A stretch of DNA of 63,304 nucleotides, counting the filler, from Octopus bimaculoides (taxonomy: Eukaryota), in assembly GCF_001194135.2 (NCBI RefSeq). It is 7 parts of 7 records of this genome, joined end to end, with 100 filler letters (N's around TTAATTAATTAA, not from the genome) between each part and the next. Parts side by side here need not be neighbours in the genome. Positions count along the whole stretch, not along the records: positions 25,581 to 40,307 come from NC_068990.1; 6 more parts are not named here. One strand, given 5' to 3'. This document shows positions 26,455-37,578 of the stretch, piece after piece. A program made the position numbers and the translations under genes. The notes under the pieces were generated by a model. That model was given only the letters and a program-made list of their open reading frames with translations, did no database searches and was not told the origin of the DNA. Every line of letters starts with the position of its first letter. Position 1 is the first letter of the stretch.

Positions 26455-27158
26455 ACTCTTTACTCTTTTACTTATTTCAGTCATTTGACTGCGGCCGTGC
26501 TGGAGCACTGCCTTTTAGTCGAGCAAATCGATCCCAGGACTTATTCTTTGTAAGCCTAGTGCTTATTCCATCGGTGTCTTTTGCCGAACTGCTAGATTAC
26601 GGGGATGTAAACACGCCAGCATCGGTTGTCAAGCGATGTTGGGGAGACAAACACAGACACACAAACACACACATATATATACATATACATATATATATAT
26701 ACGACATGCTTCTTTCAGTTTCAGTCTACCAAATCCACTCACAAGGCTTTGGTTGGCNNNNNNNNNNATTTCAGTCATTTGACTGCGGCCGTGCTGGAGC
26801 ACTGCCTTTTAGTCGAGCAAATCGATCCCAGGACTTATTCTTTGTAAGCCTAGTGCTTATTCCATCGGTGTCTTTTGCCGAACTGCTAGATTACGGGGAT
26901 GTAAACACGCCAGCATCGGTTGTCAAGCGATGTTGGGGAGACAAACACAGACACACAAACACACACATATATATACATATACATATATATATATACGACA
27001 TGCTTCTTTCAGTTTCAGTCTACCAAATCCACTCACAAGGCTTTGGTTGGCCCGAGGCCATAGTAGAAGGCACTTGCCCTATGTGCCACGCAACGGGACT
27101 GAACCCAGAACCATGCGGTTGGTAAGCAAGCTTCTTACCACACAGCCACTCCTACGCC
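26455..27158 (-). mobile_element. SINE type B, near full length, with a 284-bp segment duplicated across a 10-N gap
   Basis: Head TGTGGTAAGAAGCTTGC and tail GTCAAATGACTGAAATAAGTAAAAGAGT on the minus strand; 26474-26757 equals 26768-27051. Confidence 0.9.
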
Positions 27159-27481
27159 TTAGACATATTTTACTTGATTCGGTAATTTGACTCCGGCCAT
27201 GCTGGTGTACCATCTTGAAGTTCTCTTAGTCGAAAACAGTACTTGTTTTTTTAAACACTGGCACCTGTTCTATCGGTCTCTTTGCGGAACCGCTAGGTTA
27301 CGGGAACGTAAACACAGCAACATCAGCTGTCAAGCGGCAGTGAGGGACAAACACAGAATCACACATATAGACACATACATAGATACTTATATACATAACA
27401 CGCACACACACACGCACACACACACACGCGCGCGCACACACAGACACACACACACACACATATATGTACTACGGATTTCTT

Positions 27482-27702
27482 TGGTAGACGGAAACTGAAA
27501 GAAACCCGTCGTATATATGTGTGTGTGTGGGGGTCTGTGTTTGTCGCGCCCACCCTCGCTTGACAACCGATGTTGGTGTGTTTACGTCCCCAAAACATAG
27601 CGGTTCGGCAAAAGTGGACCGATAGAATAAGTACTAGGCTTACAAAGAATGAGTCCTAGGGTCGCTTTGTTCGACTAAAGGCGCTGCTCTAGCATGGCCG
27701 TG
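27482..27702 (+). mobile_element. SINE type B, 3' half
   Basis: TTTGGTAGACGGAAACTGAAAGAAACCCGTCG...TAGCATGGCCG. Confidence 0.85.
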
Positions 27703-27901
27703 CCTGACATCATACCTATGACCATTGAACCTGTTGTGCAGCCAACATAAATCAAGTTGTGTTTGGTGCGTTCTGTTCCTTACAACCACGTCGGAATCTT
27801 TACATGTGTAATTCATAACTTTCTGCATAATTCACATTTCTGTTATAATTTTTTATGGAATTGGTTTGACCGCGTATCGTTGCACAATGAACAAGACTTA
27901 C

Positions 27902-28005
27902 CTCCCTTGCAGCCAATTTTCGACGTGCAGCGTTCAGAAACTCCAATGGTAGTTCTATTCAGATTACAAGTAGCGGTTAATAGCTCTTTTATATGTTCAT
28001 TGCAT
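27902..28005 (-). CDS. Candidate internal exon, Cys-rich (CNEHIKELLTATCNLNRTTIGVSERCTSKIGCKG), phase 2 to 1
   Basis: Consensus donor GAG/GTAAGT; acceptor ...gttacctaaAG with an in-frame stop just upstream; single open frame of 104 nt. Confidence 0.4.
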
Positions 28006-28284
28006 CTTTAGGTAACAATTGGTGGATGAGGTAATATTAATTTGAAACGAGGATATTTTTCTGGTTACTTTCATGCAACACTTTTGTAATGGCAGCGAAA
28101 TATTGGTGTCAATTAATCACTAAAGGAATTCGATCTCAAATTGTATTTTTGATTCTAAAATTATGCGCCAGATTTTAACTTTTGTTCTAATTTTAGCTAT
28201 GATATTTGCGATTTCCTTTCATCGTGATTTACATTATGGCATACAAAGGTATTTGTATTTGCTTCCTGTAATCCCCTGCGTCAG

Positions 28285-28361
28285 AACAAATTCGTTTTCT
28301 CCTCAAAAACTGGGGTTTCAAATTTGACTTAATGATGCGGATGATCGGAGCGGCGCCCAAG
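28285..28361 (+). CDS. Candidate internal exon (QIRFLLKNWGFKFDLMMRMIGAAPK), phase 1 to 0
   Basis: Acceptor gcttcctgtaatcccctgcgtcAG, donor AAG/GTAAAT, single open frame, GC-rich codons. Confidence 0.35.
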
Positions 28362-28479
28362 GTAAATGTGGGATGACGTAGGCAGATAAAATAAATCTGT
28401 CACTATTCTGCTTTCTGCAAACTTAAATTTTGTGTGCAAAGTCACAAAACTGATGAAGTAAAACCGAAGTAGTAGTGGT

Positions 28480-29160
28480 GGTGGTGGTGGTGGTGGTGGT
28501 GGNNNNNNNNNNNNNNNNNNNNNNNNNNNNNNNNNNNNNNNNNNNNNNNNNNNNNNNNNNNNNNNNNNNNNNNNNNNNNNNNNNNNNNNNNNNNNNNNNN
28601 NNNNNNNNNNNNNNNNNNNNNNNNNNNNNNNNNNNNNNNNNNNNNNNNNNNNNNNNNNNNNNNNNNNNNNNNNNNNNNNNNNNNNNNNNNNNNNNNNNNN
28701 NNNNNNNNNNNNNNNNNNNNNNNNNNNNNNNNNNNNNNNNNNNNNNNNNNNNNNNNNNNNNNNNNNNNNNNNNNNNNNNNNNNNNNNNNNNNNNNNNNNN
28801 NNNNNNNNNNNNNNNNNNNNNNNCTACTATTACTACCGCCACCACCACCATTAACACAACCATAACTACCACCACTCGGAGTGGTGGTAGTTATGGTTGT
28901 GTTAATGGTGGTGGTGGCGGTAGTAATAGTAGTAGTAGTAGTAGTATGAGGAGGAGGAGGAGGAGGAGGAGCAGTGGTAGTAGTGGTTTGGGTGGTAGTA
29001 GTAGTAGTAATAGTGGTAGTAGTAGTAGCAGCAGCAGCAGCCGTAGTAGTAGTAGTGGGGGTGGGGTGGAGGAGAGAAGAAGAAGTAGAAGAAGAAGAAG
29101 AAGAAGAAGAAGAAGAAGAAGAAGAAGAAGAAGAAGAAGAAGAAGAAGAAGAAGAAGCAA
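28480..29160. repeat. Trinucleotide low-complexity block (GGT)n/(AGT)n/(GAG)n/(GAA)n around a gap
   Basis: Direct inspection; poly-S/T/R/E ORFs are artefacts. Confidence 0.95.
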
Positions 29161-29395
29161 GATGCTCGTGGTCAACCTCCTGACGGGAAGACGACGGTGA
29201 CAAACAACGACGACGATAAAGAATAACAAGAAATGACTGCTTAGGGAACTCCCGAGTAGAAGAAATGACAAAATGACTTGGGAATTCAGTTATTTTGTTG
29301 GGAAAAGTTGCTAGTTGAGTCAATAAGGTAGAAGTAATGCCATAGAAAGAATGGTCTGCGATGTGGGGAGTGGAACAGACAGGAGTGGACTGAGT

Positions 29396-29454
<59 letters not shown>

Positions 29455-29671
29455 GGGCATGATCACAGATATATATTTGTTTAATGTAAATGTCTCAGTT
29501 ATTTGTATTAATTGTGCTGTATAGAGTATGAGAAAGAAATACGAAAACGGTATGTGTTGTGTGTAGGTATATCTATGTGTCTGCCTTTGTTTATGGATGT
29601 ATATACATGTGTGTATATATATTTACGTTTATACATATATGTATGCATTCATATATGTATCTATGTTGCGC

Positions 29672-30218
29672 ATGTGGCTCGTGTGTTCTCGTCTACGTTT
29701 GTTTGCAATGTCCTGTACCCAGATATGCCTCATCGCGTTCTTACACACATAATTTTTCTCGTCTGGCCGTAAAGCCTTTTCTGTTTGTTTTCCTGTCTTA
29801 TTTTTTGTCCGCCACTACATTCCTCCATGGCTAGATTTAATTTGCGTATACAAATTTAATCTGCGATCCATGGGACGAGCCGTTTTAGCGATGCGTCCTG
29901 CCCAAGCTCGTCGAAACGCCGGTGTTAAAACGTGGGTGGCTGATGAAGGAGAATGTTCTCTATGTGGCTCGTGTGTTCTCGTCTACGTTTGTTTGCAATG
30001 TCCTGTACCCAGATNNNNNNNNNNNNNNNNNNNNNNNNNNNNNNNNNNNNNNNNNNNNNNNNNNNNNNNNNNNNNNNNNNNNNNNNNNNNNNNNNNNNNN
30101 NNNNNNNNNNNNNNNNNNNNNNNNNNNNNNNNNNNNNNNNNNNNNNNNNNNNNNNNNNNGCATGTGGCTCGTGTGTTCTCGTCTACGTTTGTTTGCAATG
30201 TCCTGTACCCAGATATGC
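29672..30218. repeat. Three identical ~57-bp direct repeats (29672-29728, 29962-30014 cut by gap, 30162-30218) with a unique 233-bp structured insert between copies 1 and 2
   Basis: ATGTGGCTCGTGTGTTCTCGTCTACGTTTGTTTGCAATGTCCTGTACCCAGAT identical in all three. Confidence 0.9.
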
Positions 30219-30437
30219 ACCTATACATACAAGTGGATGTCGGTATGCACATACCTGTACGTATATATGCATATACTCATTTACTATTTATATATATATA
30301 ATTGAAAAAAATGGATTCATGAAGGGCTACGTTTGGACATTATTTTTTAATCACTACAGTTGTTTCCACGCAACGTAGAACTCCAGGTGTGAAGATACTT
30401 CATCGTGCAACTGTTTCCTTGCATTATGAGATATAGT

Positions 30438-30683
30438 TGTGTTTCCTGAGGCCATATGTAAATATTGACTCCGTAAGCTCAAAGTCTCGGCTCCAAGAAC
30501 ATCCTCTTTGTCTGTCGTGGCCTCACTTTAGTTGTAGTAACTGAACTTATCAAGCAGCAACACACCCTAATAAGCTCAGTCACTACTACTGAATTCAGGC
30601 CACAACACACAGAGAGGGTGTTCTTGAAGCCGAAGATTTTAAACTTACGGAGACAATATTTACGTATCGCCTGAGGAAATACA
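30438..30683. repeat. Imperfect inverted repeat, ~113-bp arms, 19-nt spacer
   Basis: 30438-30550 aligns with the reverse complement of 30570-30683 at roughly 80% by eye. Confidence 0.9.
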
Positions 30684-30769
30684 TATATTAAATTATAGAT
30701 GTATATGTATATGCATATAATACTATGAGTTCTAAAAATAATATTAATCATTATAATTAATATCATTAA

Positions 30770-31200
30770 GGCAGTGAGGCAGCAGAGTCGTTAACACGTC
30801 GGGAAAATGCTCAGCGTTATTTTGTTCGTTTGTACGTTTTGAGTTCAAATACGGCTGAGGTCGACTTTGCCTTTCATCCTTTCGAAGTCGATAAAATAAG
30901 TACCAGTTATGCACTGGAGTCGATGTAATCGACTAGCCTCAATTCCACAAAATTTCAGGTCTTTTGCTTATAGTAGAAAGGATTATTTTCATAAGTATTA
31001 ACAAAGCAGCGAACTGGCAGAGTCGTTAGCACGCCAGGAAAAATACTTGGTGTCAAATTCTGAGGTCAAATTCCGCCGAGGGCAGCTTTGCTTTTTATCT
31101 TTTCGGAGTCGATAAAATAAGTACCAATTGAGCACTGGGATCAATGTGATTGAATTTCTCGCTCCCCCGATATTACTCATCTTGTTCCAAAATATGGTCC
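30770..31200 (+). mobile_element. Two tandem SINE type A copies (30770-30990, 31003-31200)
   Basis: GGCAGAGTCGTTAGCACG head; GAGGTCGACTTTGCCTTTCATCCTTTCG..GTCGATAAAATAAGTACCA core. Confidence 0.88.
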
Positions 31201-32860
31201 CTCAATTTCATAAACTTTTGCCATGATCCTTCATTTGTTATAAGCCTTGTAAAAGAACTCGGCAGGTTGGGCCTCCAACCAGGCTTTCCGCGATGCCCTT
31301 AAAGCCAGGAGCTTTATATATGTACGATATAAAGAAAAAATGCTGAATAAAGAAGTCAATACAGAAAGAATATTTTTTAAAAAAACAGGAGAATAGACGA
31401 AAGACAAAGGGAAGCGCTGTAAATCGAGAATGAAACAAAGAGAAACGTACAAAACAGAGTTGAATGGTAAAGAACAAGTCAGAAAGACTGCATTATATAA
31501 ATAATATGGAGAAAGTATATCTGTAAACTATGACGGACATAAAGAAGACAAGACAAGGACTGAGATAATAGGCAAAGGATAAATGGACTCACGTAGACCA
31601 TATGTGTGTGTGTACTCATATATACGTACATGCATATATATACATATATATATATATATANNNNNNNNNNNNNNNNNNNNNNNNNNNNNNNNNNNNNNNN
31701 NNNNNNNNNNNNNNNNNNNNNNNNNNNNNNNNNNNNNNNNNNNNNNNNNNNNNNNNNNNNNNNNNNNNNNNNNNNNNNNNNNNNNNNNNNNNNNNNNNNN
31801 NNNNNNNNNNNNNNNNNNNNNNNNNNNNNNNNNNNNNNNNNNNNNNNNNNNNNNNNNNNNNNNNNNNNNNNNNNNNNNNNNNNNNNNNNNNNNNNNNNNN
31901 NNNNNNNNNNNNNNNNNNNNNNNNNNNNNNNNNNNNNNNNNNNNNNNNNNNNNNNNNNNNNNNNNNNNNNNNNNNNNNNNNNNNNNNNNNNNNNNNNNNN
32001 NNNNNNNNNNNNNNNNNNNNNNNNNNNNNNNNNNNNNNNNNNNNNNNNNNNNNNNNNNNNNNNNNNNNNNNNNNNNNNNNNNNNNNNNNNNNNNNNNNNN
32101 NNNNNGGAATATCTCGAAGCACACATATAAAACTATAAAGAATAGAATGTAAATACTGTGTTGACAGAGAGAAAGAGGGAAACGAGATGAATGAGAGGAT
32201 AGAGTAATAGATGCTTTTGCGTGTGTGTGTGTGTGGGGGGGGGTGTATGATGGCTGTCCACTCTTGACCGAGAAAGACCGTCGCTGACCATTGAACGTGC
32301 AAAATTTCAGCAATGCACGCACCTGCGGCTTCCAAGCTCGATAAGGTGTCCTACTGGACCGAGCATCAGAAAGTTGCTTTGTCGCCGATCTCACAACCGA
32401 AAATTTTAGGTCTAATAAATCTTGTACAACATCTCATACCGCCTCACTACCCTACTGATATAATCCAGAGGAAAATCCAGGGCAAGATATCCATTGCCAA
32501 TATGGCTTGAAGGCTCAGGAATGTAGCAGAACCATGGTCTCAAGCTTAATCAAAAATGCCCAAAACGACCAATTCCATTCCCTGCGTATCCGGTTTTATG
32601 AGAGAGTGACCTCTTCCTAGAGACATGCTTTAACAAAATCTGCGTAGTGCCTCAATCCCAGTGGTCTTCTAAAATATTGGACACCAGCCCAGAATTTCTA
32701 AGGGCGCATGCTATTGCTAGATATTTGCAAAACCTGATCTAAGTTCACCAATCGTGCTGACAGGTCTTGCTTTTACTCCTGCTGGCAAGCCTAGCAGGAG
32801 TGCCGATTTTTGTCAACAGCAACTCGACCATGCCACGTCTCGTCATTCCCCAAAATAAAT

Positions 32861-33104
32861 AGACGACACGCGACCTCACTGGCAGACTTCATGTGGAAAG
32901 TGAAAGAAGCATAAATTAAATACCAAATGGGATGGTCAAAAATTAAAAAAAAATGCACACCCATGTAATTCACTCTCCGATAAATGTGGCCTTTGCCTTG
33001 AGGAAGCATTAAGTATACAGCTGAGTAATGCAAAGCTGGTAAAGAAACATGATGAGAAAATTTCAAGGTGTAACCACCGCGCAACATATACATTTTATGG
33101 AAGG
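32861..33104 (+). mobile_element. Penelope-like element, C-terminal GIY-YIG endonuclease region remnant
   Basis: ATSLADFMWKVKEA*IKYQMGWSKIKKNAHPCNSLSDKCGLCLEEALSI..KISRCNHR resembles the PLE pattern TxLSxYIWxLK..W.I..C.LC..EK..I...CRH. Confidence 0.7.
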
Positions 33105-33662
33105 ACCATTGTATAAAAATTATAATTATTATTCTATTTTACTAAACCTATCTTTTCCCGTCACACGTCTGTATAGGGGTGTGGGTATTTATGATGGAGT
33201 GTCCAACGATATAACTATGTACATTATTATGAGTAGATAAATGTATGTGCGTCTATGTATGGGTGTGAATGTGTTTGTTGATCGGTATATGTGTGTGTGT
33301 GTGTGGGGGGTGTATCTGTATATATGTACATATATATTTTATATATGTATGTGCACGTGTGTGTTTGTGTGTGTATGTGTATGTATGGGGATACCCATAG
33401 ATGTAGTGGTATATCTTTGTGTGAGTGATTGTATAAGTATGAGCGTATGTATGAGTGTATTTGCGAAATAATAAAATTTAGCACGTGCAGCCTAACAGGT
33501 GAAACAAAATAAACAATGTACACAATGCCGCCCATGTGGAGCGTGTAGAGGCACGCTTACACCGAGCGGATTGAAACCGTCAGCGTCTGCTAGATTCAAA
33601 GGAGCCAGCTGCATGTGAAAGCATCGAAATCAAACATTTATTTACGGAGACAGCGATTATAT

Positions 33663-33777
33663 ATCACCTGAGAAGATACAACTACGTCCTATTATACAGG
33701 TAAACCGTTGCTTAATTTAAGTTTAAATCCTGTATATATCTGGATCTACGACGTTGTATCGAAACATGTGTAATGGT
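33663..33777 (+). ncRNA. Decayed type I hammerhead-ribozyme-like motif with a long stem II, PLE-associated
   Basis: ATCAC-CTGAGAA-[GATACAAC...GTTGTATC]-GAAA-C-ATGT-G-TA-ATGGT; core position G8 is A; stem III segment ACATGTGT is self-complementary. Confidence 0.5.
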
Positions 33778-34089
33778 CATTAAACAGCTGTCGAATCATA
33801 CTCCTTCTTCCTTTTGACTCTATTTCTTCCTTGTTATTCTTTCCTTTATATATATACCTCTAATTAATTAATTAATTAATTACTATGAGTTCATATAAGT
33901 TCAAATACTATTTCTGTTAACAGTTTTGGACTTATATGAATTCCTGATAATTAATGAGATTGATTTTGATTGTTCAGATTAAAAATAATCAGTAATACCA
34001 TAGCTGCCTTTAGGTTTCTATATTTGCAAATACATCTCCCTTCACATTGCTTCCAAAATATAATAGCAAATACCAAAAACCTGCCACCG

Positions 34090-34830
34090 TCTCCTAGCGA
34101 GGATGTAGGGTATATTAAGAAATTTCTTTATTGGTTGTCAGAACTATTCAACTTAGATGAATTTTAAAGCTAATGTTGAATTCGTTTGGGCAATGCTGGT
34201 GTTATATTCTCCACATCGTACAAATGATGTATCGCTCACGGGGGTGCTAGAGAGAAAATTTTTTTCAATGCTTTAAGGTGGTCCCAATAATCGAGATCAG
34301 TCATGCTCTCAATTCTTTTAGGGAGTGACCTGGGTTGATTCAATTTTCGAAATGTTTTGTTTTGTATGGGGAGACCACGGGGCAGTAGTATCCGAGGCGT
34401 GGTCGTACAAAGGAGGAGAAAAGAGAAATGATGACACCTTGTTCTTTGGACGAGCTATATCGACCTTATTGTTGTTGTGGGCCCTCCAGCTGAGTTTGTT
34501 ATCAACAATTACTCGTAGGTCTCTGATATTATTAAATGCTGTGAGTGGTTCACCTGAAGGAAGAGAGTATGGCTGTTTTAGCACAGTCTTTCTTCTAAAA
34601 TACATCAGCTCAAATTTTCCCTCTTTTAGTTGCATTTTACTTTGTCTGCCCACTGACTCACAACATGTAGATCAGGCTTGATTTCAGTTCGGTCTTCTTC
34701 ATTAATAATTTTCCGGAGCTTAGAATCATCAGCGAATATTTTTACTTTGCTGTGTTTTATGACGTTGGAAAAGTCGTTTGTATAGACTATAAAGTGGAGC
34801 CGGCCCAAGGCAGTCCTCTGAGGCACAAGA
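34090..34830 (-). mobile_element. CR1/L2-type LINE, RT C-terminal remnant
   Basis: VPQRTALGRLHFIVYTND..HSKVKIFADDSKL, IRDLRVIVDNKLSW, WSPHTKQNISKIESTQ, DYWDHLKALK..RERYII. Confidence 0.88.
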
Positions 34831-35308
34831 CAATCCCCTGAGAGACAGACAGTCCCCTGCGGAAGGACTATAAATAGTGTTTTTAACATAGCATATTTAT
34901 GTAGAGATTTCCTCGCTGACGAAATTCCACAGCATGATTTTTTTTACAAATGTATAGATTGTAGACGCAATCACAAGACCTCTGAAACGATTCCACTGCA
35001 CCGTATTTGAGACAAGTGTTTTTTTTTTTGCTATAATCTGATATCTTTCTGAATATCATACATAACAATTTTTTTGTATAATTTCGGGTTATTGCTTTTA
35101 CAGATCAAAGGTCTATTATCACTGTTCCTCAATTACATTGAACATTTGATGTTAATATCAATTGTACGTTGTTGAGTTTTCACATTTATCAATGACACAC
35201 ACAAAAAAGAAATATCCTCAATAAAATTCAGAAGATAAATTTGATGTCCGTATTCTGAAGAATAATGGTCATTTGGACAATAAAGCACACTTGGACATCC
35301 ATCCATCT

Positions 35309-35349
<41 letters not shown>

Positions 35350-35359
35350 NNNNNNNNNN

Positions 35360-35393
<34 letters not shown>

Positions 35394-37237
35394 CACACAA
35401 ATATATACACATACATGTACTATACATACACAACAGATAAACACATACAGAAACACACGCACACACACATGCACGTGGGTTGCTTTTGGTGGTGATTTAC
35501 CATTCAAGAGGGGATAATCTCTTCTAGCTTAAACTAAGTTGAGTTGGAGAACTAGGATATTTAAGTTTTAATTTAAAATTTTAAATTTTCGTTTTTGTCT
35601 TAAACAAAAGTCCTTAAATAAATGTTCTTAAAGATTTTAGTCGTTAGTAACCGTGTATAGGACTATTTCATCCTGCTTTGGAAACGTCGGCACAGCTTAT
35701 CTCGAGATACAGATGCGCACATATGTTATGGTCGATTGTGAATTTCTGATATAGTCTCGTCATTCTGGGTTTTCCTACATTCTTCTAAAGTGGAAAGTGT
35801 TTGTGGATTCAAAACTTGTGGGGATCACCTGCATTGATATTGTCTGAATTTCTGCAAAGGTAATATAATTAGTTTTAGATAACTGTTAGTTATTGATACC
35901 AAGTTTTGGGAGTTTCTGTATATCATACATACAAACATACATACATACATACATACTACATACATATGTAAGAGCTCGCGCGTGTGTGTATACATAGTTG
36001 TGTATATATATCTGTCTGTGTATACGTGTACATTTTTATGATTAGGATGGTAGAATAACCCGTGGTAATTTTTTATATCCCACTGAGGCTTCTTTAACTC
36101 TATGTCGATTTTATCTTTTCAATCTAGTTAGATCAATGATAAAATAAAATATAGGATTAATATAATGAATCAAAAGCCCGTAAATTCAGTTCTGCTGCAG
36201 CATTTTCTCAGACCGATAAGTTCATAATTCTTTGCTTGTCTATTTAGCGAATTACACAAAGATGCGAAAGGACACATAAATTATTTGAAGGGTTGTAAGT
36301 GCTAATTAATGGTCTTATATAGTAACAGTTTTTTTCCGATGAGACTAAAGGGGTTGAAAATTGTATTAGGATAGGTACTAATTATAAATCATATTCTTTG
36401 TGAGTAATATGTCTTTTTTTGCTTTAAAACAGTATAATATCTATAAAGAAAAGACGTAACCCCGCTCCCATTTTAACCTAAATTTACGAAGAATAAAAAG
36501 TGATTTTTAACATGAGAACACACCGAGTCCCACTGCTTTGTATAGGAAAAGGAAACCACGGCCAATTCAAAAGAGTCGGCACCCAAATAGAAGAAAATGA
36601 TAATAATATTTTACTAAAGGCTCACATGACAAAAGAAGCCAAACAATTAAAATGAACAAAGTGGAGACGTGAATAGACAAAAATACAAAATATGAAAGAA
36701 CTTTGTACCGGAACAAACTTGAATTTGAAACGGTTGAGTAAATAGGTATTGTGCAGGCTCACGGTTTTTGAGTTCAGATTTATTGCAAGTATTTTGTTGT
36801 ATTTCTGGGTGGGTAATGTTATTCTTATGCTATTATTCTTCATTGCCTCAATTCAGTTCGAATAGTTTCTTACCCTGACTTTAGTATTATATTCTTGGTG
36901 GCATTGTGAGCTCACAAGAAAGCGGCAAGTGTCAAAATTGCACTAAGTAAGATGTTCCGTTGATATTTGCCGTTTCAGTACTTTTACTTTGTTTATCAGA
37001 AGTAAAATATTTAAACTAGTTACAATACTCGTAACACAAACACAATCGCTTAAAAGAAGTTTTAGAATATATATTATGTGTGAGTAAATAATAAACAAGT
37101 GCTTATGCAACAGCGTCCAATATGATCTCATTAGGTAAGTTCTGGTCGTATTTTAGCAAATGGTAAAGAGATTTAATTTAGGAGTCACGCAAATATCTAA
37201 AAAGAAGGACTGACTGGTTTGGACAATATGAAACAAA

Positions 37238-37578
37238 GCAGGGCGTTGAACTGGTTAGCACGCTGGGCGAAAAGCTTAGTGGTATTTCGTCTGCCGATAT
37301 TTCGTTCTGTGTTCAAATTCTGCCGAGGTCGACTTTGTCTTTCATCCTTTCAGGGTCGATTAAATAAGTGCCAGTTACGCACTGAAGTCGATGTAATCGA
37401 CTTAATCCCTTGGTCTTTTCTTGTTTCTCCTCTCTATATTTAGCCCCCTCAGGACAATAAAGAAATAAGTATGAAAAAGTATATATAATAGGTGCAGGCG
37501 TAGCTCTGTGGTAAGATAGCTTCCCAAACACATGATTCTGAGTTCAGACTCACTGCGTAGTACTCTGTCCAAGTGTTT
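37238..37578 (+). mobile_element. SINE type A (37238-37470) followed by a SINE type B head (37489-37578)
   Basis: Matches to other copies in the window. Confidence 0.85.

Noticed and set aside
26474-27051. Exact 284-bp tandem duplication
   Set aside because: The identical copies meet at a 10-N gap; this is most likely an unmerged contig overlap.
28442-29323. Poly-Ser/Thr/Arg/Glu ORFs (also 55192-55458, 62483-62740, 3-316)
   Set aside because: Trinucleotide microsatellites open on several frames with no complex coding segment or splice context.
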